The notes under the pieces: model-generated
What the model saw: the letters and a program-made list of their open reading frames with translations, nothing else
What the model was told of the DNA's origin: nothing
The model's database searches: none
Part shown: positions 10,805-19,025 of the stretch, piece after piece
How positions within the stretch are numbered: position 1 is the stretch's first letter
Layout of the letters: each line of letters begins with the position of its first letter
Origin: Acidimicrobiia bacterium
GTDB taxonomy: Bacteria; Actinomycetota; Acidimicrobiia; Spongiisociales; UBA5794
Length of the DNA: 64,000 nucleotides
Assembly: GCA_024762335.1 (NCBI GenBank)
Contig: JANTHO010000003.1
Coordinates: forward strand, 1,115 to 65,114
Direction: 5' to 3'
Made by a program: the position numbers and the translations under genes

Positions 10805-11505
10805 GCGATCCCCCTTGCGAACAGGTTCTGTTGCGGTCCACCCTCGGTGCGTGGAATGCCGGACCATACGAGATCGTCCATGAAAGCCCAGCTGGTCCGA
10901 TGGATCGGTGTCGGACCGAACGCCGCGAGAGCGGCCCTGTGCCTTGGCCCCGGGTAGCCCTTGTCTCTGGCGAAATCGAAATACGGATAGTCGGAGGCGG
11001 CGGCCCTCATCAGACGATCCCGCGTCACCTTCGCCAGGATCGATGCGGTAGCGATAGTGAGAGATGAGGCATCACCACCGACGATCGTGCGCACTTTCGG
11101 CGATCCGACGAAGTCCCAGTGACCATCGACCAGGATGCCATCCGGCTCCAAGCCGAGATCCCGAAATGCGCGTGCCGCAGCAAGCCGCTGTGCATCGGAC
11201 ATGCCGAGGTCGTCACACTCCCGCGGTGACGCATGGCCGACACCCCACGCTTCACACCACGATGCGACACGGTCGAACAGTCGTTCCCGTTCCCGCTCGG
11301 TCAACACCTTCGAATCCCGAACACCGTAGACCCGGCGATCCTTCGGAAGCACGGCAACGGCAACGGTGAGCGGGCCAGCCCAGGAGCCCTTCCCGACTTC
11401 ATCCACCCCCGCGACGATGTCGACGCCGTCGGCCCAGAGGCTTCGTTCCTCGTCCAGCCGGGGTGGTGTGGTCCGGCTGGATCGGCGACGATGGGGTCGG
11501 GTCAT
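10801..11505 (-). CDS. rnhB: Ribonuclease HII
   Basis: AGVDEVGKGSWAGP, DSKVL, LVDG, ASILAKVTRD, KGYP. Confidence 0.95.
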   Translation of the reverse strand: MTRPHRRRSSRTTPPRLDEERSLWADGVDIVAGVDEVGKGSWAGPLTVAVAVLPKDRRVYGVRDSKVLTERERERLFDRVASWCEAWGVGHASPRECDDLGMSDAQRLAAARAFRDLGLEPDGILVDGHWDFVGSPKVRTIVGGDASSLTIATASILAKVTRDRLMRAAASDYPYFDFARDKGYPGPRHRAALAAFGPTPIHRTSWAFMDDLVWSGIPRTEGGPQQNLFARGIA

Positions 11506-11539
11506 GGAACGAGGATACCCGGCCGGATGTCCGGACCGA

Positions 11540-12091
11540 TCAGTTGGTTCTGGGATCGATCGGATAGTTGGCGTAGCGAGCGATGTGCGGCTCTTGTTTC
11601 TGAAGAATTCGCCGCCAGAGCGTTCCGGGCACGGGATCGAACACATCGTCGGCACTTCCAGCGACCGCGAACCATGACCCAATCTCCATCTCCGCTTCGA
11701 GCTGCCCTGCGCCCCATCCTGCGTAGCCCGCGTAGATGCGCGCCTCGGAGACACCGATCACTTCACCTGGGGGCTGCCCGACGTCAATGAATCCGATTCC
11801 TCCCGGGATCGGACGCCACATTGCGTCGGGTTCCACGCCCGGTCGCACCCCGACGCCGATCGCGGTTTCGGGGCGGACGGGGCCGCCGTCGAAGATCATT
11901 CGGGGAGGAGCCAGCAGATCGCACCAATCCGGGAGGTACTCCCTCACGGGAACATCGGTCATCCGGTTGATGATGAGTCCGACCGCCCCATCCTCATCGG
12001 CGTTCATCAGAAGCACCACGCTTCTGAAGAAATTCGGATCCGTGAGCGTCGGGGCAGCGACCAACAGCGCACCTGCTCCGGGAACGGTCAT
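11540..12091 (-). CDS. YqgE/AlgH family protein
   Basis: LLVAAPTLTDPNFFRSVVLL, GGPV, GYAGWGAGQLEAE. Confidence 0.92.
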   Translation of the reverse strand: MTVPGAGALLVAAPTLTDPNFFRSVVLLMNADEDGAVGLIINRMTDVPVREYLPDWCDLLAPPRMIFDGGPVRPETAIGVGVRPGVEPDAMWRPIPGGIGFIDVGQPPGEVIGVSEARIYAGYAGWGAGQLEAEMEIGSWFAVAGSADDVFDPVPGTLWRRILQKQEPHIARYANYPIDPRTN

Positions 12092-12122
12092 CGTCTGCGC
12101 CGTCGGGTGATACGTTGCTCTC

Positions 12123-12308
12123 TCAGTTGTTCGCCGCCGCGTGTTCCGGAATGATGGCTCCACCGGAGAGGATCGAGACGTGGCCATCATCCCACTTGAC
12201 CTCGACGGTATCGCCCTCGACACGCTGCACGACGCCTCTCCGTGGCTGCCGCCCGACCGTCTTCGTGAGCGTGCGGACTCTCTGGCCTTTGTGCAAACTC
12301 ATGGGCAT
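12123..12308 (-). CDS. Small SH3-like protein (DUF1918-like)
   Basis: VGRQPRRGVV...VKWDDGHVSIL pattern; GGAGG RBS and TAGGAT -10 upstream. Confidence 0.65.
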   Translation of the reverse strand: MPMSLHKGQRVRTLTKTVGRQPRRGVVQRVEGDTVEVKWDDGHVSILSGGAIIPEHAAANN

Positions 12309-12434
12309 CGACCTCCATGTTGTACTGGTTCGATCCTACGCGCGCCGGCAGGATTTCGGGAGGGACCTTCTCCCCTCCCTGCGCGATTCCGGCTCTTCGA
12401 TGCGAGCCACTAGGGTCGCAAGCAGGAGGTATGT

Positions 12435-13061
12435 ATGGAACTGTGGAGCAACGATCTCTCCGACGGCAGTCGGATCCCGGGAGAATTCGCTTTCTGCCTT
12501 CCCGACCCAGACACGCACGCGACGTTCGGGCCGAACCGGAACCCGCATCTCGCCTGGTCTGGGGCACCCGAAGCCACGTTGAGCGTCGCCGTCATGGTGC
12601 ACGACCCGGACGTACCGACGAAACCGGACGACGTGAACCAGGAAGGCCGCGAGGTCCCATCCGATCTGCCTCGTACGGACTTCTTCCACTGGCTACTGAT
12701 CGACGTACCGGCGACGATGACGGAGATCGAATCCGGTGCGTTCGCCGACGGTGTCGTCCCGCACGGACGCAACGCCGCTCAGGGCCCGTTCGGGACCCGT
12801 CAGGGCATCAACGACTACACCGGCTGGTTCGCCGGAGACGAAGACATGGGTGGCGACTACTACGGATACGACGGGCCTTGCCCTCCGTGGAATGACAGCA
12901 TCATCCACCACTACGTGTTCACGGTGTACGCGCTCGACGTCGCCCAGCTGGATCTGCCGGATCGTTTTGACGGGTCGGCCCTGCGAGACGCGATGGACGG
13001 CCATGTTCTCGACTCGGCACAGCTGACCGCCGTCTACACGCTGAATCCTCGTCTCACCTGA
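12435..13061 (+). CDS. YbhB/YbcL (PEBP/Raf kinase inhibitor-like) protein
   Basis: NRNPHLAWS, HDPDVP, FFHW, YDGPCPPWND, HHYVF; AGGAGG RBS. Confidence 0.93.
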   Translation: MELWSNDLSDGSRIPGEFAFCLPDPDTHATFGPNRNPHLAWSGAPEATLSVAVMVHDPDVPTKPDDVNQEGREVPSDLPRTDFFHWLLIDVPATMTEIESGAFADGVVPHGRNAAQGPFGTRQGINDYTGWFAGDEDMGGDYYGYDGPCPPWNDSIIHHYVFTVYALDVAQLDLPDRFDGSALRDAMDGHVLDSAQLTAVYTLNPRLT

Positions 13062-13109
13062 TCCGAGCTTGCCACCCGACTCCGTGTCCCGTGGTGTATG
13101 TTCGAATGT

Positions 13110-13601
13110 ATGGAGGTACGACCGGCGACGCATCAAGACCTCGCCGCTATCGAAGCGGTCGTTCAATGGTCGTGCACCGAAGCCATCGGCGACATGGTCC
13201 CCGAATCCGCCGTTGAGGCCGAGATCCAGAACAGGTTCGGCCGGTCCACACTCGCCGAGCACATCCTGAGCCGGCGCCTCCTGGTGGGAGGAGAAGCCGA
13301 CGGTCTCGTTGAACTCGTCGTTCTCGTCGACGAGCATCGTGACTACACGGAGCTGTCCCTCGTCGTCGTGCCCGCCCACCCATCGAGAGTTCTCGACGGC
13401 CGTGACCTCGTATCGGCGCTCCGCTCGATGGGCTGGGGAGGAGCGCTCGTCTGCAGCACCGCCCTGGGCCACACCGTGGTGGAGGCATTCCTCGAGGACG
13501 GCGGCTTCGTCCCGGGAGAAGTCACCGCCGGCAGGCTCGGAGCATACGACGTATTCCGCCGACGTTGGTGGCTCGGCCCCGCTCTTTCCGTCGCCGGGTA
13601 G
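13110..13601 (+). CDS. Divergent GNAT-fold protein
   Basis: MEVRPATHQDLAAI start and AFLEDGGF end resemble a GNAT, but the acetyl-CoA motif is degenerate. Confidence 0.55.
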   Translation: MEVRPATHQDLAAIEAVVQWSCTEAIGDMVPESAVEAEIQNRFGRSTLAEHILSRRLLVGGEADGLVELVVLVDEHRDYTELSLVVVPAHPSRVLDGRDLVSALRSMGWGGALVCSTALGHTVVEAFLEDGGFVPGEVTAGRLGAYDVFRRRWWLGPALSVAG

Positions 13602-13610
13602 GGTTCTCCC

Positions 13611-14687
13611 ATGAACTATCGCTCTCTCCCCAAGGTACTTCTCCACGACCATCTCGATGGTGGCGTCCGCGTCGACACGATTCTCGAACTCGCGGATCAG
13701 CAGGGATATGCCGACCTCCCTGCCGACACGCCGGAGGGTCTGTCCGACTGGTTCGATCAGGGACGATCAGGTTCGTTGGAACGCTACCTCGAAGCGTTCA
13801 CGCACACGGTTGCAGTGATGCGCGACCAGGACAGCATCCGGAGGATCGCCTACGAGACGGGCATAGACCTCGCCGCCGACGGCGTCGTCTACGCAGAGAT
13901 CCGATTCGGTCCCAGCTTGCACATGATTCACGGCATGACGAGAGAAGCCGCAATCGAAGCCGTTCTCGACGGTCTCGCCGCCGCTCAACGACAGACCGGG
14001 ATCGTGCTCTACGGCATCGCCGCCGCGCTCCGCCAGCAAACCGACTCTCTCGATGTGGTTCGTGCAGCGATCCCATACCTCGACCAGGGTCTCGTCGCGT
14101 TCGATCTCGCCGGGCCGGAAGCGGGGTTCCCCGCAGACGATCACCTCCCGGCATGCCGCCTGGCGCGCGAAGCGGGACTGGGCTTGACGATCCACGCGGG
14201 AGAGGCAGATTCCGCCGCATCGATCTGGCGCGCTGTGGCCCGCTGCGGAGCCACCCGGGTCGGGCACGGCGTTCGGATCGTCGATGAGACCGATTTCGAC
14301 GGGGAGCGCATCTCGACGCTCGCTCCCCTCGCTCGCCGTATCCGGGATCACCGCATACCCCTCGAGGTGTCGATCACCTCGAATCTCGATACGTCTGCCT
14401 TCCCCTCGGTTCAAGAGCACCCGTTCGGGGCGCTCTATCGGAGTGGTTTCAATGTCGGACTCAATACCGACAACCGTCTCATGAGCCGGGTAGCTCTGAG
14501 CGACGAGTACCGATTGGCAGCCGAGACGTTCGATCTTGGCCCTGCGGATCTGTCGGAGATCACGGTCAATGCGCTCGAAGCCGGATTCGGGGACTGGCCG
14601 ACCCGACGCCGGATCATCGATGACGTGGTCAGACCGGCCTACGCGAGCGTCGAGTCCAGCCAGGAGGCAACTTCCGACAGCACCTGA
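13611..14687 (+). CDS. add: Adenosine deaminase
   Basis: LPKVLLHDHLDGG, FDLAGPEAGF, TIHAGE, RVGHG, NTDNRLMS. Confidence 0.95.
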   Translation: MNYRSLPKVLLHDHLDGGVRVDTILELADQQGYADLPADTPEGLSDWFDQGRSGSLERYLEAFTHTVAVMRDQDSIRRIAYETGIDLAADGVVYAEIRFGPSLHMIHGMTREAAIEAVLDGLAAAQRQTGIVLYGIAAALRQQTDSLDVVRAAIPYLDQGLVAFDLAGPEAGFPADDHLPACRLAREAGLGLTIHAGEADSAASIWRAVARCGATRVGHGVRIVDETDFDGERISTLAPLARRIRDHRIPLEVSITSNLDTSAFPSVQEHPFGALYRSGFNVGLNTDNRLMSRVALSDEYRLAAETFDLGPADLSEITVNALEAGFGDWPTRRRIIDDVVRPAYASVESSQEATSDST

Positions 14688-15457
14688 TCCTGTTCCGGTT
14701 CGTTGTGCATCTCGTGTCGCAGGCCGGGATACACCTTGCGATCGACCGAGTCGAGAGCTGCAAGGGGGGCCGAGGCCGAGGGCGGAACGAGCGAGTCATC
14801 GCCGCCATGGATCACCAGCGTCGGTGTATGGATTCGAGCGACGACCTCCGCGCTGCGGTCCTGTGCCGCGAACATCTCGAGACCGAGCCGGGTCGTGACC
14901 TTCGTGTTGACGAGCGGATCCGCGAAGTACGCTTCTCCGACGGCCTCGTCTCGGGAAAGTTGCTCTCCTTTGATGGAGTTGGCCAACGCGAGTTTCGGCA
15001 CGATCCGTCCGAGCACCTGTGCCGCGGCACGGAGCGCTCCCGGCACATCGGCATCGAGCGCCGGGGCCGACAGGACGGCGGCGTCGGGGTGTGGTCGTTC
15101 CTCTCCGAGGTAGAGAGCGGAAATGAGCCCGCCGAGCGAGTGCCCATACAGCACCCAGGGAAGGTCGGTGCGGACGAGGCCGGATCCAACGATGCCTTCA
15201 ACGTCGTTCAGGTAGTCACTGATTGACTCCACATGCCCGCGTGTTCCTTCGGACCGTCCGTGGCCTCTGAGATCGAACGCGGCGACGGCATATCCCCGAC
15301 CGGCGAAAAACTCCGCAACGTGCTCCCACCGCCCAACGTGCTCGCCGAGACCATGGACGATCAGGAGTGCTCGCAGCGGTTCGCCTTCCGGCTCCCACGT
15401 TCTCGTGTAGAGCGAGAGGCCGTCGCCGGTTGTGAACGTTCCCGTGCTGCTATCCAT
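14639..15457 (-). CDS. Alpha/beta hydrolase, lysophospholipase/monoglyceride lipase family
   Basis: HGLGEH, DLRGHGRS, GHSLGG nucleophile elbow, HEMHNEPE. Confidence 0.92.
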   Translation of the reverse strand: MDSSTGTFTTGDGLSLYTRTWEPEGEPLRALLIVHGLGEHVGRWEHVAEFFAGRGYAVAAFDLRGHGRSEGTRGHVESISDYLNDVEGIVGSGLVRTDLPWVLYGHSLGGLISALYLGEERPHPDAAVLSAPALDADVPGALRAAAQVLGRIVPKLALANSIKGEQLSRDEAVGEAYFADPLVNTKVTTRLGLEMFAAQDRSAEVVARIHTPTLVIHGGDDSLVPPSASAPLAALDSVDRKVYPGLRHEMHNEPEQDQVLSEVASWLDSTLA

Positions 15458-16196
15458 GTCCTGCTCCTATCGATGCTGCGTAGGCGGCGCCCACGATGCC
15501 TGCCTTGTTCCTCAGAACGGCGGGCATGATCTTCGCCCGCGTCGAGAAGTGATGTGAGTAGCTCTCGAAGCGCTTCGAGATGCCGCCTCCGAATACGAAG
15601 AGGTCGGGCCAGAACAGCTCTTCGATGTAGAGAAGAACCTCGTTGACGCGTTCTGCCCACCAGTCGATTTCGAGGTCCCCTCGTTTGACGAGGCGGCCGG
15701 CTGCATACTGCTCCGCCTTCTGCCCTTTGAACTTCAGGTGCCCGAGCTCCGTGTTGGGGATCAATCGGCCTCCGTACAGGTAGGCGCTGCCGATCCCCGT
15801 TCCGAAGGTGAGCAGGATCACGACTCCGGACTGGTCACGCGCTGCTCCGAATTGCGCTTCGGCGAGTCCCGCTGCGTCGGCATCGTTGAGCACCGTCACC
15901 GGCATCTGGAGGCGATCCGAGAGCCCGGTGCGTGCGTCGAACCCCACCCAGCCGGCGTCGATGTTCGCAGCGGTCTCGACGATCCCGTTCTGGACGACGC
16001 CGGGCACGGTGACACCGATCGGTCCGGTCCAACCGTGTTTCTCGACGATCTCGACGATCGCTTCTGTAACGGCGGCAGGTGTCGAAGGCTGCGGCGTCGG
16101 GATCCTGGTTCGTTTTCGGACCAGGGTGCCTGTGACGAGATCGACCGGGGCGCCCTTCACTCCGGTGCCGCCGATGTCGACCCCGAATACTTCCAC
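15450..16196 (-). CDS. ppgK: Polyphosphate glucokinase (ROK family)
   Basis: GVDIGGTGVKGAPVDL, NDADAAGLAE, GTGIGSA, PNTELGHL. Confidence 0.92.
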   Translation of the reverse strand: MEVFGVDIGGTGVKGAPVDLVTGTLVRKRTRIPTPQPSTPAAVTEAIVEIVEKHGWTGPIGVTVPGVVQNGIVETAANIDAGWVGFDARTGLSDRLQMPVTVLNDADAAGLAEAQFGAARDQSGVVILLTFGTGIGSAYLYGGRLIPNTELGHLKFKGQKAEQYAAGRLVKRGDLEIDWWAERVNEVLLYIEELFWPDLFVFGGGISKRFESYSHHFSTRAKIMPAVLRNKAGIVGAAYAASIGAGHG

Positions 16197-16198
16197 GG

Positions 16199-16840
16199 CT
16201 ACTCCTCTTGCCTCAGAAACTGTTCCAGGGCGCCAGCATATCGGACAACGTCGAAGTCTCCGACGTCCGCCGGCAATTCGATTCTGAGACCGCCCGGGTA
16301 TTCAGGGAAGTCCCGTCCCAGGATCGTGGTCCCGGCGATGGACGTCTCGATGTTGACTTCAATCCCCGGCGTCACGACGACGACGATCGGGCTCTGGATG
16401 CGCACCGCGACCTGCACTCCCGGGAGCTGACCCAGACGTCGGGCGATCAGGCGGGCGTCGGCGAGTCGCTGCTCCGCAAACGCAGCGGGCACCGGATCGG
16501 CCGTCTGCATAGGGTCCGCTCTCTCCGGCATGTCCCGAAGCGAGGCCCACGCTCCGGTGTATCGGATTTCGTGTTCGCATCCGCACGGGGGCTCGAACCG
16601 ACCGAAGTAGTTGGGATGCCCGAAGATGACGGTGCCGGACCAGCCGTCCGGGACGACCGTGATGCCGCGCAACACGGGAAGCTCGACCGTGCCGGGCTTC
16701 GCCAGAAGCCGGTTCTTCAGCGCGACCGGCAACGCTCGCGACACCCCCACCCGCAGAGAACCCAGGGTTCTCGACCCTGTATATGGCGTCTCCAGCCCGC
16801 GGTTCACGAGGGCTCCAATACCGCGGGCTCGGGACGCCAT
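16199..16840 (-). CDS. Hypothetical protein, apparently a truncated GcvPA (glycine decarboxylase subunit 1)-derived protein; start uncertain (ATG 16840 or GTG 16750)
   Basis: Open frame ending 2 nt before the ppgK start; VIFGHPNYFGRFEP and LGRDFPEYPGGLRIEL resemble GcvPA segments. Confidence 0.6.
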   Translation of the reverse strand: MASRARGIGALVNRGLETPYTGSRTLGSLRVGVSRALPVALKNRLLAKPGTVELPVLRGITVVPDGWSGTVIFGHPNYFGRFEPPCGCEHEIRYTGAWASLRDMPERADPMQTADPVPAAFAEQRLADARLIARRLGQLPGVQVAVRIQSPIVVVVTPGIEVNIETSIAGTTILGRDFPEYPGGLRIELPADVGDFDVVRYAGALEQFLRQEE

Positions 16841-16865
16841 ATAGGGCGCAGAGAACCCTGGGTTC
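16756..16865. repeat. Long imperfect inverted repeat (rod-like hairpin) with self-palindromic termini
   Basis: Minus-strand arms pair as GAACCCAGGGTTCTC/GAGAACCCTGGGTTC (15 bp), CCCT/AGGG, ATATGGCGTC/GACGCCATAT and AGCCCGCGGT/ACCGCGGGCT around a 16-nt loop. Confidence 0.9.
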
Positions 16866-16871
16866 GTGTCG

Positions 16872-17303
16872 TTAGAGGGAAGCGGCGGAGAGGTTCGTGA
16901 CCTGGGGAGGTCCGGGAATCCTCGTCGGAGCGTCGGGGAATGCCACGTCCTCCGGTTCCGCGAGGCCGTACTTCACGATCAGGTGATGGAAATCGCGCTG
17001 GTAGAAGATCTTGCACCGAACCTCCGGATACAGCTCGCGAAGACGCCGGACCTTCCCGTTCTTCTTCGTGACGAGCTTCTGGTTCATCGTCGTGATCTCG
17101 ATGTAGAGATCGTCGTCGGGGAGGTAGAAGTCGGGCCGAAACTGCCGCGTGACGTTGCCGTCGGCATCCCACTCGATCTCGAATGCCCGCGGCTCGTACT
17201 CCCAGTCGATCGTGTAGAAGTCCAGGAGCCGTGCGAACTCGCGTTCGCTCGAATGAGCGAACGCCACCTCATCGGCAGGTCCGCGGAACGGGTCGTCGGT
17301 CAC
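16872..17303 (-). CDS. Hypothetical protein with a PD-(D/E)xK-like (restriction endonuclease/TnsA-N-like) fold
   Basis: SEREFARLLD, WEYEP, FRPDFYLP, YIEITT; GTGA overlap with the upstream MerR stop. Confidence 0.7.
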   Translation of the reverse strand: MTDDPFRGPADEVAFAHSSEREFARLLDFYTIDWEYEPRAFEIEWDADGNVTRQFRPDFYLPDDDLYIEITTMNQKLVTKKNGKVRRLRELYPEVRCKIFYQRDFHHLIVKYGLAEPEDVAFPDAPTRIPGPPQVTNLSAASL

Positions 17304-17797
17304 CTCGTTGCGACGTTCGATGCCGCTACCTCGCGTTCGTCGGATGTGCTCCGCTCCGGGAACAACCGGTGGATCTCCCCCAGCAACTCCTCCTGGACGG
17401 GACCGACCGCGATCCCGAACACGCCCTGGCCGCCCCGGAACACGTCGACGACCTCTGACGGGCTGTGTGCGGCGTAGATCGTCTTGCCGTCCGAAAGCAG
17501 CGTCACGTTCGACAGGGGACGCTCCGATGCAAGCTCGGCTCGCAGGATGTCCATTGCCTTGCGGATCTTCTTGAGTGACATGCCGGCGTCCAGGAGGCGC
17601 TTCACCACCTTCAACTGAACGATGTCGCCGAACGCGTAGAGCCGCTGACTCCCCGACCCCGTCGCCTGTTGGAGCGAAGGCGTGATCAGACCTGTTCTTG
17701 CCCAGTAATCGAGCTGACGGTATGTGATGCCGACCAGGTTGCACACCTGAGGGGCACGGTATCCCCCGGCTGCTTGATCGGGTCTCGTGTCCACCAT
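17300..17797 (-). CDS. MerR family regulator (Rv1830/McdR-like)
   Basis: GYRAPQVCNLVGITYRQLDYWART, GSGSQRLY, GGQGVFGIAV; syntenic with BFN/garA/gcvH. Confidence 0.92.
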   Translation of the reverse strand: MVDTRPDQAAGGYRAPQVCNLVGITYRQLDYWARTGLITPSLQQATGSGSQRLYAFGDIVQLKVVKRLLDAGMSLKKIRKAMDILRAELASERPLSNVTLLSDGKTIYAAHSPSEVVDVFRGGQGVFGIAVGPVQEELLGEIHRLFPERSTSDEREVAASNVATR

Positions 17798-17822
17798 TTC
17801 CGTATGCCTCCCAGTTCGCGCA

Positions 17823-17910
17823 ACTCACATTCACGTAATTCCGCCAGCTGAAACTACGGCCGTGAAATTAGATGCGGGGGGCGCGCGTTGTCAACAACCC
17901 ATGTGGATAA
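17823..17910 (-). promoter_or_regulatory. SigA-type promoter of the McdR-like gene, with a DnaA box and a putative McdR operator
   Basis: TTGACA (17889-17894)-18 nt-TAATTT (17865-17870); TTATCCACA at 17902-17910; AATTACGTGAATGTGAGT at 17823-17840. Confidence 0.65.
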
Positions 17911-17921
17911 GTAGGCGGTGT

Positions 17922-18419
17922 CTAGGAATTCTCTGCAGACTCGAAGTCCTCGGGCGTGACGTCGTCGAGAAATTCACGGAACCGCTCGATCTCGGCTTCC
18001 TCAGTGTCGTCGTGGATTTCGACCCCCGCTTCATCCAGGAGTGCGCTGGCGGCGAACACAGGGGCACCCGTTCTCGTCGCCAGAGCGATTGCGTCGGACG
18101 GGCGCGACGAAATCGTGAGCAGTTCGCCGTCGCTGTCGAGGACCAGATCGGCGAAAAAGGTTCCGTCATCGAGTGACGTCACGTCGACGCGCTCCACGTC
18201 GGCTCCCAGCGTGTCGAGGACGGTCTTCATGAGGTCGTGAGTGAGCGGGCGCGCCGTTTCGACGCCCTCGAGCGCGAGGGCGATCGCCGTGGCTTCAGGT
18301 GTCCCGATCCAGATCGGTAGGTACCGGTTCCCGTCCCGCTCTCGCAGCAAGAGAATCGGGGTGTTCGTAGGCAGTTCAACCCGAACACCGACCACTTCCA
18401 TGGGAACTCGCTCGTCCAT
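17922..18419 (-). CDS. Bifunctional nuclease (DUF151) family protein
   Basis: RYLPIWIGTPEATAIA, RPLTHDL, SRPSDAIALA. Confidence 0.93.
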   Translation of the reverse strand: MDERVPMEVVGVRVELPTNTPILLLRERDGNRYLPIWIGTPEATAIALALEGVETARPLTHDLMKTVLDTLGADVERVDVTSLDDGTFFADLVLDSDGELLTISSRPSDAIALATRTGAPVFAASALLDEAGVEIHDDTEEAEIERFREFLDDVTPEDFESAENS

Positions 18420-18464
18420 GACCCCAGCCTATCACCGGGTCCTTGCAGTCGAAACGGATACCGC

Positions 18465-19025
18465 TCAGCGGAAGACCCGCCGGCCGAACGAATCCGGATC
18501 TGCCGTGAGGAGGGCCAGATCCATGACCGCCCATATCGACGGGAGGTTCCGGTAGCGGCCTCGCCAGTCCATCCCGTAGCCGAGCAGGAACTCATCCCCG
18601 ACTTCGAACCCTCGATGTTCAACGGGCACGTCCACGATCCGGCGGCCGGTCTTGTCCAGCAGGGCAACCGTCTTCACGCTTCTCGCGCCTCTCGCCGTCA
18701 GCATCTTCCGGAGTGTCGAGAGCGTCAGCCCCGTATCAACGATGTCTTCGATGATCAAAACGCTCCGCCCTTCCACGGGAACGGACAGATCCATCGCAAT
18801 CGACACACGCCCCTCTCTCCCGAAACGGGTGAGGTTGAGGAAGTCGACTTCAACGGTTAGCGGAAGATGACGGGTGAGGTCTGTGAGAAACGGCACCGAT
18901 CCTTTCAACACGCCGATCACGACGGGATTCGGATCTTCGAGGTCTGCGGTGACCTCTTTTCCGAGCTCCGCCACCCTCGCCTGAAGCGCGGATTCGTCGA
19001 TGACCTCGAGGAACGGCTCGGTCAC
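18465..19025 (-). CDS. hpt: Hypoxanthine phosphoribosyltransferase-like protein
   Basis: GVLKGS, VLIIEDIVDTGLTL PRPP loop, LLDK, FLLGYGMD...YRNLP. Confidence 0.8.
   Translation of the reverse strand: MTEPFLEVIDESALQARVAELGKEVTADLEDPNPVVIGVLKGSVPFLTDLTRHLPLTVEVDFLNLTRFGREGRVSIAMDLSVPVEGRSVLIIEDIVDTGLTLSTLRKMLTARGARSVKTVALLDKTGRRIVDVPVEHRGFEVGDEFLLGYGMDWRGRYRNLPSIWAVMDLALLTADPDSFGRRVFR

Noticed and set aside
14639-14687. 49-bp convergent overlap of add and the lipase gene
   Set aside because: Short 3' overlaps of convergent genes are common in compact GC-rich genomes.
16752-16865. Two palindromic 19-nt direct repeats as a mini-CRISPR
   Set aside because: Only two units, the 76-nt 'spacer' is itself a hairpin, and there are no cas genes.
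16740-16872. Glycine riboswitch or SRP RNA upstream of the GcvPA-like ORF
   Set aside because: The conserved GGAGA/CCGAAG/CTCTCAGG blocks and the SRP GGAA-loop motif are absent.
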